A stretch of DNA of 64,000 bases from assembly GCA_964542755.1 (NCBI GenBank), contig CAZIWL010000005.1:12439-76438 (forward strand), written 5' to 3'. Positions 9,772 through 18,618 of the stretch are shown here, in pieces (the first letter of the stretch is position 1; every line of letters begins with the position of its first letter). A program made the translations under genes and the position numbers. This DNA comes from an uncultured Anaerolineales bacterium. GTDB taxonomy: Bacteria > Chloroflexota > Anaerolineae > B4-G1. The notes below the pieces were generated by a model, which was not told the DNA's origin, did not search any database, and was given only the letters and a program-made list of their open reading frames with translations.

Positions 9772-10124
9772 GAGGTGGCCGAAGATGGGCAGCTTGGTTG
9801 CCTTGGCGACCGCGAAGCGTGTGGGAAAGATCCGTTTCAGGAGTTGTACCAGCCAGAGCGGATTAGCGATTTCTATGTCTCCGCGGGTGCCTTCGACGCG
9901 AAACCGCCTCTCTCGTTGTCACCCTGATCAACTGCCTCTCTCGTCTCATCATGCACCGGGGAGTCTGCCGCCCACAGCCGCAGCTGGCCGGCGACCACGC
10001 CGGACCATAGTATACTCCTTTGACTCCAGATCACAACCGGTGAGACCGGGCGCTCTGGGGCTGCCCGGACCATTCGTTGGTGCTCAACAGACCGAGGCTT
10101 ACCAGCGCGTTGTATCGCGTGCGT

Positions 10125-10288
10125 GGCTGTGACAACGAGTGGTCGCCCCGCCCGGTGCGATACACCTTCCAGGTGCGTTGCACCTCACGAGCGTATGCTT
10201 GCCTCGTATGCCAGTCAAAACAGGTCAGTACACGGGGGCCAACGGGCTCCAAGCAGCGACCATCTCCGCGACAAGTCGTTAGCGCACC
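10125..10288. repeat. MITE-like interspersed element, copy A (about 165 bp, terminal inverted repeats, internal GGTGC-N3-GCACC palindromes)
   Basis: Shares the core ccggtgcgatRcaccttccaggtgcgttgcacctcacgagcgtatgcttgcc...gcgacaagtcgttagcgcacc with copies at 11211, 25264 and 50703. Confidence 0.8.
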
Positions 10289-10403
10289 CCCCGTGAAAGC
10301 GGCGGCTTGACGAAACGGGGCCTTCGCGTTAGAATACCGCGCGCGGGCAGGATACGCTTCCTGCCCGTTTGTTGAGCAAGACGGTATTCAGGAGGAGTGT
10401 AGT

Positions 10404-11114
10404 ATGAGTCAGAAAGGCCGACTTGAGTTGGCCGCAATGAAGCGGTCCTTGTTTGGCAGCCACGTGAAGCAGCTGCGACGCGACGGCTGGGTGCCCGGCG
10501 TAATGTACGGGCGCGGATTCGACTCCGTCTCTTTGAAGTTCGATCAGCACGAGCTGCGAGACGTCCTGTCTCAGGTGGGCGGAAGCCAATTGGTGAATAT
10601 CAACGTCGAGGGAGCTGACGGACCGGAGTTTGCGCTCCTCCGTGAGGTGCAGCGTGACGTGATCACCAAGGCCCTACTCCACGTTGACTTCTATCGTGTC
10701 ATGATGTCCGAGACCATCACCACCGAGATCCCGCTCTTGACCACGGGAGTCTCACCCGTTGCTGAGCAGAAAGAGGGCATTCTTCTGCATGGCATTGCCG
10801 AGATCGAGGTTGAGTGTCTGCCTGGTGACTTGGTGGACGCCTTTGAGGTCGATCTGTCTGAACTCACTGAGGTGGGTCAGGCAATCCTCGTCGAGGATCT
10901 CACCGTGCCACCTGGCATTGACGTCCTCACCGATCCAGACGAGGTCATTGCGCGTCTCGTTCCGCTGGAGGAGGTCGATCTGGAGGCACCGGCGGCAGAG
11001 CTCGAGGAAGAGCTCCTCATGGGCGAGGAGGGCGAAGAGGTCGAGGTCATCGGCGAGGCAGACGCGGAAGAGGGCGAGGACGCCGGAGAAGACGAAGTCC
11101 GCGACTATATGTAG
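10404..11114 (+). CDS. rplY: 50S ribosomal protein L25 / general stress protein Ctc
   Basis: 236 aa. L25/Ctc N-terminal beta-barrel plus acidic C-terminal tail. AGGAGG RBS. Confidence 0.85.
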   Translation: MSQKGRLELAAMKRSLFGSHVKQLRRDGWVPGVMYGRGFDSVSLKFDQHELRDVLSQVGGSQLVNINVEGADGPEFALLREVQRDVITKALLHVDFYRVMMSETITTEIPLLTTGVSPVAEQKEGILLHGIAEIEVECLPGDLVDAFEVDLSELTEVGQAILVEDLTVPPGIDVLTDPDEVIARLVPLEEVDLEAPAAELEEELLMGEEGEEVEVIGEADAEEGEDAGEDEVRDYM

Positions 11115-11138
11115 CCATCAAGCTGAATTGAGCGCCAG

Positions 11139-11175
11139 GCGGAGGTGGGGTTGCCCATCTCCGCCTTTTGGTGTC
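11139..11175 (+). terminator. Rho-independent terminator after rplY
   Basis: aggcggaggtggggttgcccatctccgcct stem-loop followed by ttttggtgtcttt. Confidence 0.55.
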
Positions 11176-11210
11176 TTTGGGGCAAGCGGCGGCCGCACGT
11201 GCTGGAGAGA

Positions 11211-11290
11211 GGTGCACGAACGAGTGACCGCCCCTCCCGGTGCGATGCTCCTTCCAGGTGCGTTGCACCTCACGAGCGCATGCTTGCCAC
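11211..11290. repeat. MITE-like element, truncated copy B (5-prime half only)
   Basis: ggtgcacgaacgagtgaccgcccctcccggtgcgatgctccttccaggtgcgttgcacctcacgagcgcatgcttgcc. Similarity to the family ends about 11290. Confidence 0.7.
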
Positions 11291-11339
11291 ATCTCGCCGT
11301 AAACTTGAAATGCACCCGCTCCGATCCGAGAGGGATGGC

Positions 11340-11368
11340 TTGACAGTGCCCCGCTTACCGTATAGAAT
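11340..11368 (+). promoter_or_regulatory. Sigma70-like promoter for the dnaJ-like gene (TTGACA-17-TAGAAT)
   Basis: cTTGACAgtgccccgcttaccgtaTAGAATga. The -35 element is at 11340-11345 and the -10 at 11363-11368. Confidence 0.5.
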
Positions 11369-11395
11369 GACGTGCCAACCGTGAGGGGTGGCAAT

Positions 11396-12385
11396 TTGGA
11401 GTATAGGGACTACTACGACATCCTGAATGTTGGCCGGGGCGCGAGCGAGAAGGAGATCAAGCAGTCCTTTCGCCGCCTGGCCCGCCGCTGGCACCCCGAC
11501 GTGAACCCCGACGACCCCCAAGCCGAAGAGAAGTTCAAAGAGATCAACGAGGCATACGAGGTACTGAGCGATCCAGAGAAGCGCTCCAAGTATGACCGGC
11601 TGGGCCATAGCTGGAAACAGTGGCAGCGGTCAGGTGGCGATCCGGGACAGTACGACTGGTCCCAGTGGTTCACCGGTGGACCGCGAGGAGCCCGCGTCCA
11701 CTGGAATGGCGACCTGGGCGATCTCTTCGGTGGCGCCGGTGGTGAGGCCTTCTCGGATTTCTTCGGCGCCATCTTTGGCGGGGGGACGGCCGGCCGCCGC
11801 CGATCCGCGGCTGACATCTTCGGTCAGCCGGTTCGCGGTCGGGCCTATGGCGCTGGGTCGCGCGGACGGGACGCGGAGACCAATGTCACTGTCACCCTTG
11901 AGGAAGCGTACCGTGGGACGAGCCGTGTCCTGGAGAGAGGCGGACGGCGCATACGGGTCACCATTCCCCCGGGTGTGCGTACCGGTTCCCGAGTGCGAGT
12001 CGCCGGCGAAGGGAACTTCGGCCATACCGGCGGGGATTCTGGTGACCTCTATCTGAGCATTGCCGTGGAACCGCATCCTGTTTTCGAGAGGGAGGGCGAC
12101 GATCTCCGCTGCGATGTGGCGGTGGATCTTTGCACGGCCGTGCTTGGAGGGCGGCTCCGGCTGCCCACGCTGAACGGCGACGTATCGTTGAGGATTCCCG
12201 CCGGGACCCAGGGTGGGCAGACCTTCAGGCTCCGGGGAAAAGGGATGCCCAATCCCCGACGCCCTGACGAGCGAGGGCATCTCTTGGCCACAACAGAGAT
12301 CGAGATTCCGCAGAAGCTGACTCCCCGTGAGAGAGAGTTGTTTGAGGAGTTGGCGAAGAGTAGAGGAAAGGAACGCCATGCATAG
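11396..12385 (+). CDS. DnaJ-class co-chaperone (J domain plus DnaJ C-terminal domains, CbpA-like, no zinc finger)
   Basis: [37 protein letters not shown] domain with the HPD motif. Gly-rich linker, then C-terminal DnaJ_C beta-sandwich. TTG start with GAGGGG RBS; the start codon is uncertain. Confidence 0.75.
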   Translation: MEYRDYYDILNVGRGASEKEIKQSFRRLARRWHPDVNPDDPQAEEKFKEINEAYEVLSDPEKRSKYDRLGHSWKQWQRSGGDPGQYDWSQWFTGGPRGARVHWNGDLGDLFGGAGGEAFSDFFGAIFGGGTAGRRRSAADIFGQPVRGRAYGAGSRGRDAETNVTVTLEEAYRGTSRVLERGGRRIRVTIPPGVRTGSRVRVAGEGNFGHTGGDSGDLYLSIAVEPHPVFEREGDDLRCDVAVDLCTAVLGGRLRLPTLNGDVSLRIPAGTQGGQTFRLRGKGMPNPRRPDERGHLLATTEIEIPQKLTPRERELFEELAKSRGKERHA

Positions 12386-13553
12386 AGGGAAGCCGCTGTT
12401 GCTTCTCATAGCGCTTCTGACCCTGGCCGCGTTAGCCTGCAACGCCCAGGAGCTAGTGTTCGAACCCACGCCCACCTTGCCTTCGCAGTTTGCCCCGAGT
12501 CCAGAGCCCACGCCCACACTTCTGCCCGCCTCCGAGGGCGACCTAAAGGAGTTGGATGCTCAAGACGCACTCCTGGCGAGCCTCTATCAGCGGGTCAATC
12601 CTGCTGTCGTCTATATCGAGGTCCTTATGCAGCGCGGCGGTGGACTCCAGCCCGTGAGCAGCGGGTCTGGCTTCATGATAGACAAGGACGGCTATGTGAT
12701 CACGAACAACCACGTCGTCGAGGGCGCCAACGCCCTGCAGGTCGTGCTGGCCGATGGCTCCGTCGTGAACGAGGTCGAGATCGTGGGGCGTGATCCCTAC
12801 TCGGACATCGCTGTCATTCGCATGGAGGCCCCGCCGGACCGCTTGACGCCTCTGGAGCTCGGAGACTCCGATGCACTGCGCGTCGGACAGAGGGTGATTG
12901 CTATCGGGAACCCCTTTGGTCTCCAGGGAACTATGACCTCCGGCGTGGTGAGCGCCGTGGGGCGGACCCTGACGTCTCAAGCACTGGAGGGCGGCTCGTT
13001 CTCCAATCCGGAGATTATCCAGACCGACGCATCAATCAACCCGGGGAACTCCGGCGGCCCGCTTCTGGACTCGCGTGGGCGCGTTGTGGGCGTCAACACG
13101 GCGATCCGTTCCGGGACGGGTGTCAACGCCGGGGTGGGCTTCGCCGTGCCCGTGAACACAGTCAAGCGCATTGTTCCGCAGCTCATCGAAAATGGGGCCT
13201 ACGACTACCCGTACCTGGGGATCACGTCCGATACGAGGTTCACTTTGGCCGAGTTGGCTGACCCGTTGGAGCTCCCCGTCGACTACGGGACGCTCGTCTC
13301 TGAGGTCCAGCCTGGCACGGCAGCGGCGGAGGCAGGTCTCCGGGGTGGTGATCGCGAAGTAGAGGTTATGGGCCTCCCGGTCGTGGCTGGCGGTGACATC
13401 ATCACCGCCATCGACGGCGAGCAGCTCCGGACGTTCGACGATCTCGTGGCGTATCTCGTGAGCGACACGGAGGTGGGACAGCAGGTGACACTGACTGTCT
13501 ACCGTGACGAAGAGCAGCTGGAGGTTCCAGTCATCCTTGGGCAGAGGCCGTAG
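12378..13553 (+). CDS. HtrA/DegP-family serine protease with PDZ domain (secreted or lipoprotein)
   Basis: Signal peptide with LAALAC. Trypsin-like catalytic motifs (HVV, DIAV, GNSGGPL) and a C-terminal PDZ domain. Confidence 0.85.
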   Translation: MHRGKPLLLLIALLTLAALACNAQELVFEPTPTLPSQFAPSPEPTPTLLPASEGDLKELDAQDALLASLYQRVNPAVVYIEVLMQRGGGLQPVSSGSGFMIDKDGYVITNNHVVEGANALQVVLADGSVVNEVEIVGRDPYSDIAVIRMEAPPDRLTPLELGDSDALRVGQRVIAIGNPFGLQGTMTSGVVSAVGRTLTSQALEGGSFSNPEIIQTDASINPGNSGGPLLDSRGRVVGVNTAIRSGTGVNAGVGFAVPVNTVKRIVPQLIENGAYDYPYLGITSDTRFTLAELADPLELPVDYGTLVSEVQPGTAAAEAGLRGGDREVEVMGLPVVAGGDIITAIDGEQLRTFDDLVAYLVSDTEVGQQVTLTVYRDEEQLEVPVILGQRP

Positions 13554-13696
13554 GATGTTTGGGACACACGGCATCGGGTACACGGGCTGGGGGTTCGAGA
13601 GGCCGTAGCGAGCTGAGGGCTTCCAGATCTCGGCCCGAAATCGTAGCGCACGATTGGATTGGTAATGGTCAGAAAGGGATGAAAGGGGTAAAGCCT

Positions 13697-14806
13697 ATGT
13701 TCAATCGAGAGGACCTGCGTGAACTCGCGGCGTACCAAACAGACGCACAAGTGTTGAGCGTCTACCTGAACGTGGACCCTACAGACCGATCGCGGGACGA
13801 GTACCGCATTGAGCTCCGCCAGCTGCTGAAGGAAGCGGCCGGCCTGGCCAGCAGTGAGGATGCAGCGGCGGTGGAGGCCTTCTTTGACCACGAGTACGAC
13901 TGGTCGGGCCGCGGAGCTGTCGCCTTCTCCTGTCAGGAGGAGGACTTCTGGCGTGCCTACTCCCTGGCCATTTCAGTACGCTCAGGCGTTACCGTTGCCC
14001 ATCGACCATACATCTCACCCCTGGCGGAGCTCCTGGATGCCTACGGAAGCTACGCTGTCGCTGTTGTGGATCGCCGTCAGGTGCGTCTCTTCCACTTTGA
14101 TCTCGGCGAGCTCCGTGCGACTGATGAGTTTGTCGGAGAGGATGTGCGGAAGCTGAAGCGCGGCCGCGGATCATCGGGGGGACACGGCCGACGTGGAGGA
14201 GCTCCGATCTCCAGCCAGCACGAGGTTGAGGTCGTCAACCGCAACATCCGACAGGCTGTTGAGCGCATGCAGCACTTCTGTCAGCAGCACGACCCCCAGC
14301 GCTTGATCATTGCCGGAAGCGACGGCACGGTAGCCCAGTTCCAGGAGGAACTACCTAAGCATCTTCAAGACAAGGTCATTGGAACCTTCAGCGCCGACCT
14401 GAATGCCAGCGAGCCCACCATCCGGGATCGCTCCTTGGAGATCATTGAGCAGGTTGAGGTGCACCGCAAAGAGTCGCTCGTGGATGCCGTCTTCACCGCT
14501 GCGGCCAAGGGCGAGAACGGCGTGATTCGCTTGGCCGACACGCTGGGAGCAGCTCACGAAGGGCGAATCCAGACCCTCGTGATTGACCGCCACTATCACG
14601 AACCTGGCTACCAGTGCAAGCACTGTGGCTACATCACCGATCAAGCCCTGCAGAAATGCCCGTTCTGTGGAAGCGAGTTCATGGAGATATCCGACGCCGC
14701 TGAGGCTCTCGTTACCAGGGTGATTGAGGACGGCGGGGACGTGGAGGTCGTTGAAGGGAATCCGAAGGTCGAGCAGTTTGGTGTCGGCGCGCTGCTACGC
14801 TACTAG
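13697..14806 (+). CDS. Bacterial eRF1/Pelota-like protein (baeRF family) with C-terminal zinc ribbon
   Basis: KLKRGRGSSGGHGRRGG...VEVVNRNIRQAVERM parallels the eRF1 domain-2 HGRGGQS loop. Domain-3-like LIIAGSDGTVAQFQ. CKHCGY..CPFCG zinc ribbon. AAAGGGG RBS. Confidence 0.6.
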   Translation: MFNREDLRELAAYQTDAQVLSVYLNVDPTDRSRDEYRIELRQLLKEAAGLASSEDAAAVEAFFDHEYDWSGRGAVAFSCQEEDFWRAYSLAISVRSGVTVAHRPYISPLAELLDAYGSYAVAVVDRRQVRLFHFDLGELRATDEFVGEDVRKLKRGRGSSGGHGRRGGAPISSQHEVEVVNRNIRQAVERMQHFCQQHDPQRLIIAGSDGTVAQFQEELPKHLQDKVIGTFSADLNASEPTIRDRSLEIIEQVEVHRKESLVDAVFTAAAKGENGVIRLADTLGAAHEGRIQTLVIDRHYHEPGYQCKHCGYITDQALQKCPFCGSEFMEISDAAEALVTRVIEDGGDVEVVEGNPKVEQFGVGALLRY

Positions 14807-14843
14807 CGTCGCAGCTCCCGAACCCACGACGTGAGGCCCCGCG

Positions 14844-14890
14844 CTTTCTCTCAGAAGAGATCGCGCGGGGCTTTCTTGTTGCTGAGGCCC
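14844..14890 (+). terminator. Hairpin plus T-rich tail after the baeRF gene
   Basis: ccccgcgc-18 nt-gcgcgggg followed by ctttcttgtt. Confidence 0.4.
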
Positions 14891-14918
14891 TTGAGAAATC
14901 ACACGTGGGAGGTATGGG

Positions 14919-15731
14919 ATGGTCAGAGGTTCTACTGACTTGTCGAGATCGATTCTTCAGGTTGTGAGACATACTGTGGCAGACGCTGAGACGGTCACTC
15001 GATACCGTGAGCCGCTGGTGGCCTTCGCCGACGCTGACGATCCCCGGTTCGCGCGCCTTCGCGAAGTCGCGGATCCTGATCACTTGATGCCTCACGATCT
15101 CCTCTCTCGGGCACGCTCGGTCATCTCCTTTTTCCTCCCCTTCCATCCGGATGTCGTCAGCGCCAATGCCGATCATCCCGAGACCGTGACCGACGAGTGG
15201 GCGCGTGCCTACGTAGAGACGAATGATCTGATTGGAGAAATTGCTCACCAGCTCATCGAGTTCTTCGACGAGCGCGCCGAGGAGGCGGCTGCCGAGCCGG
15301 CAACGGGAAGCTTTGACGAGGGATCGCTGACCAGCCGCTGGTCCCACAAGAGCGCAGCCGTCATTTCCGGCCTGGGGAGTTTTGGTTTGCATCAGATGGT
15401 CATCACTGACGCGGGGTGCGCCGGTCGACTTGGGAGTCTGGTGACGTCGGCCCGCCTTCCGGTGTCATCCGTTGAGCCTCGGGAGCGGTGCCTCTACTTC
15501 TACGACGGCAGCTGCACGAGCTGCATGCAACGTTGTCCCCTGGATGCGCTATCCGTAAACGATACGTTTGATCGGTGGGCTTGCTGGGGGCGCTGTCGGG
15601 AGGTGGCCGACCAGTTCCTGCACCTGGGCACGGTTAAGGCCTGCGGCAAGTGCGTCGTCGGCCCCTGTGCATTTGAGTCGCCAGTGTCCATCACAGAGCA
15701 CAGAGGTCAGATCCCTGCTTCACGGCGATAA
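14919..15731 (+). CDS. 4Fe-4S cluster protein, QueG/reductive-dehalogenase-like family
   Basis: 270 aa. CLYFYDGSCTSCMQRCP and CWGRC...CGKCVVGPC cysteine motifs. SHKSAAVISGLGSFG segment resembles epoxyqueuosine-reductase-type folds. Confidence 0.5.
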   Translation: MVRGSTDLSRSILQVVRHTVADAETVTRYREPLVAFADADDPRFARLREVADPDHLMPHDLLSRARSVISFFLPFHPDVVSANADHPETVTDEWARAYVETNDLIGEIAHQLIEFFDERAEEAAAEPATGSFDEGSLTSRWSHKSAAVISGLGSFGLHQMVITDAGCAGRLGSLVTSARLPVSSVEPRERCLYFYDGSCTSCMQRCPLDALSVNDTFDRWACWGRCREVADQFLHLGTVKACGKCVVGPCAFESPVSITEHRGQIPASRR

Positions 15732-16002
15732 CGTCGTCCCGGATGCCGGTCCCTCGGGACGGTTCCTGGTCGCTGGTACGGGACTGCGAGGGACGCATAT
15801 GCGAGATGGTCGTCCAAAGGAAACAAAGGCCGTAATCCATCGGAGCTGGAATGGGAATTTGGGGGTGCGCCGCAGCAACAGACTGCTTGAGCCTTACGAC
15901 CTGTAACCACTTCTCCCCGGCCGCCGGCTTGAACGGACCTGGGTGCCTCGCATCAGACAAATCGCAGGACGGTCTACCACTCCTCTCTCGTCAGCGGTTG
16001 AT

Positions 16003-18207
16003 CTAGTCGACGTCCTTCGCACAGCGAAAACCGGCCACGGTGAAGCCGAACTTCGGATCAAGTTGGAAACGATACGCGCTGCGGACGAACTGCTCAGTGT
16101 CGTACCACGAACCTCCCCGGAGTACCTTCTGCGCGCCTGAGGCCGGGCCCGTCGGATTCACGTCCGCTTCCTCACGGTAGTCCCCGTACCAGTCCTCCAC
16201 CCATTCCCAGACATTGCCTGCCATATCCAGCGCCCCGCACCAGCTTGCGCCTCCCGGATAGCCCCCTACGGGCCCTGTCTTCGCATACCCGTCGTCGCTG
16301 TCCTCGGCAGCCCACTCGGAGGGGCATCGTGCATCGCAGAAGTTGAGCCGCTGCCCGTCAAAGGTGTCACCCCATGGGAAGACCCGCGCCTCGGGACCCC
16401 GGGCGGCATACTCCCACTCGGCCTCGGTTGGCAACCGTCCTCCTATCCATTCGCAGTAGGCCGCCGCACCGTGCCAGGTAACCTCTAGTACGGGGTGGTC
16501 TGCGTAACCGGCCTTGGCCCGGAAACTATCCCCGGCCTGTTCAATCAACGCGCTCTCGCTCTCCACCTCCAGCCAGTCCGTACCGTCCTCTGCCTGGTTC
16601 GTCTCCTGATCGAGGAAGGTTGCGAACTGCTCGTTTGTCACCTCGGTCCTGTCAATCCAGAAGCTGTCTAGGGTCACACGATGGATTGGCCCTTCCTTTT
16701 CGAACACCTCTCTCTGGCACTCGTCATTCAGTTCCAGGCAGAACGCTAGCGCGTGCTCGATATCCTCTCTACTTGTGCCCATGTCGAACGCGCCGGCTGG
16801 CACGAGGATCATCATGGCCCCATCCGTCGGTCGGATCTGTGTCTCGACTTCCGGCGTAGCCTCAGTCCCTGCGGGTTCAGGGGTATCCGCTCTGTTCTCG
16901 TCAGGCAGAGGGCTGGGGTCCACGGTCCTCGTCGGCGTCCCGGTGGCGCTCGGCTCACGAGTCGCCGAATCGCCTTCCGTCGCCTCCGCTGTGGATACTC
17001 GTCCCAGCTCTCCCACAGCGTCACCCGAACGCCCCGTCTGACCGGCCAGGACCAGGCCCAGGGCTACTGCGGCAGTGAGGACCGCCAAAGCCAGGCCTCC
17101 AAGGGCCCAGGCGATTAGAGGTATTCCTCCTGGCGTACTGCGTCGCTGTTGGGAGCCCGAGCCAGGCGGAGCTCCATCAGTCGCGCCGCGTCCGGACTGC
17201 TGCGATACCCGGCGCAGGTCCAGATCTGCCTCATCCACCCCCCTCCTGTCTCCCTCGGCGGCGGGCCCGATTCCCCTACGTGGCGTTTCCCTGGAAGAGG
17301 CTCGTTCACGCGCTGATCCCCCGTCATCCCTCGCTCTGATTGTCTTGCGCCCTTGCCGGCCCGATTGCCTACGCTGCAGGGCATCCCGCATGGCTTCAGC
17401 GCTCGGAAAGCGACCCTTTGGATCCTTATGCAACGCGCGATGCACGACCGCAGCCAGGTGTTCCGGAACGTCCGTCCTCACGTCTGTCAGGGATCTCGGT
17501 TGTGATTGCTGGATCAGCCCGATGTTGTGTGCCTGGGCTGCCGGTGTGGTCTCGGTTCGGAATGCAAGATAGGGCTTGCCGGCCAGCATCGTGTAGAGGA
17601 GCACCCCCACGGCGTAGACATCGATGCGCGGGTCGTCCCGGACGCCCGAGAGTTGCTCCGGGGCCATGTACTGGACCGTCCCCATGGCCAACCCGGCCGC
17701 GGTGTGGAACCTCCGGGTCATCATGTCTGTGGAAACGTACGCGATGCCGAAGTCAACCAACTGCACCTGACCATCCTCATCGAAAAGGACGTTGGCTGGC
17801 TTGATGTCGCAGTGCACAACACCCTTTTGGTGGGCGTAATGCAGGGCCTCGCATAGATCGGCTGCAATGCGGACGACTTGATGGGGCGGGAGCGGCCCAT
17901 CCTCCAGCCGCTCTTCAAGCGATCCGCCGGGCAAGTGCTCCATCGCCAGGTAGTAGGTTCCCTGGTCCTGGAAGATGCCGTACGTCCGAGCGATGTACCT
18001 GTGCTTGAGGCGGAGGGTCGCGCGTGCTTCCTGGATGAATCGGTGCACCATCTCCGGATCATCGACGAAGCTGGGTATCAGCTCCTTGATGGCGACAACT
18101 TCACCAGTCAGCCGTTCGCGCGCGAGATAAACGTAGCCGAAACCGCCTCGGCCTACAATGCCAGAAATCTGGTACTTTCCGTCCAGGATCTTTCCTGGCT
18201 GTCGCAT
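16003..18207 (-). CDS. Ser/Thr protein kinase fused to a C-terminal formylglycine-generating-enzyme (FGE-sulfatase) domain, with TM segment
   Basis: N-terminal Hanks kinase (GRGGFGYVY, HCDIKPAN, DFG, APE). Low-complexity linker and TM helix. C-terminal FGE motifs (RVTLDSFWID.TEVTN, LPTEAEWEYAARG, RGGSW). AGGAGG RBS before the ATG at 18207. Confidence 0.85.
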   Translation of the reverse strand: MRQPGKILDGKYQISGIVGRGGFGYVYLARERLTGEVVAIKELIPSFVDDPEMVHRFIQEARATLRLKHRYIARTYGIFQDQGTYYLAMEHLPGGSLEERLEDGPLPPHQVVRIAADLCEALHYAHQKGVVHCDIKPANVLFDEDGQVQLVDFGIAYVSTDMMTRRFHTAAGLAMGTVQYMAPEQLSGVRDDPRIDVYAVGVLLYTMLAGKPYLAFRTETTPAAQAHNIGLIQQSQPRSLTDVRTDVPEHLAAVVHRALHKDPKGRFPSAEAMRDALQRRQSGRQGRKTIRARDDGGSARERASSRETPRRGIGPAAEGDRRGVDEADLDLRRVSQQSGRGATDGAPPGSGSQQRRSTPGGIPLIAWALGGLALAVLTAAVALGLVLAGQTGRSGDAVGELGRVSTAEATEGDSATREPSATGTPTRTVDPSPLPDENRADTPEPAGTEATPEVETQIRPTDGAMMILVPAGAFDMGTSREDIEHALAFCLELNDECQREVFEKEGPIHRVTLDSFWIDRTEVTNEQFATFLDQETNQAEDGTDWLEVESESALIEQAGDSFRAKAGYADHPVLEVTWHGAAAYCEWIGGRLPTEAEWEYAARGPEARVFPWGDTFDGQRLNFCDARCPSEWAAEDSDDGYAKTGPVGGYPGGASWCGALDMAGNVWEWVEDWYGDYREEADVNPTGPASGAQKVLRGGSWYDTEQFVRSAYRFQLDPKFGFTVAGFRCAKDVD

Positions 18208-18618
18208 AGGGATCCTCCTGTTTCGACCCCGGTCGCTCAAGGTCCTGGGGTGAGCGGCTAGTATAGCATCTCCTGACGGCGCTAACAACCCACCACTTGC
18301 GCTCAACCACGGCGCGCGGGGGAGGCTCTCTCATATGCAAATCCAACACGATTCCTACGAAACTCCTACGAGGAATCCGTATAATCTTGACGAGGCGCAA
18401 GATGCGTCGATCCTGTGGCAGCGCACTATGGTGCAGGAAGAGCGTGGGCGTTTCGAATTGCCGTGGTCTCTCCATGTGAGGTGATCCAATGGAGCATCAT
18501 GCACGACGGGGGCGCTTTCTGGCAATCCCGTGCGAGGGGTGGACGCTCTCTGATCATTGGGTTTGAGCCATGTTAGGCCTATTTGGATAGTTGTCTTTAG
18601 AATCGATTGGTGAGTGAT

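Noticed and set aside
18480-18618. CIRCE/HrcA or CtsR operator upstream of clpB
   Set aside because: There is no TTAGCACTC-N9-GAGTGCTAA or tandem GGTCAAA motif. Only a GTTGTCT hexamer is shared with the clpC palindrome.
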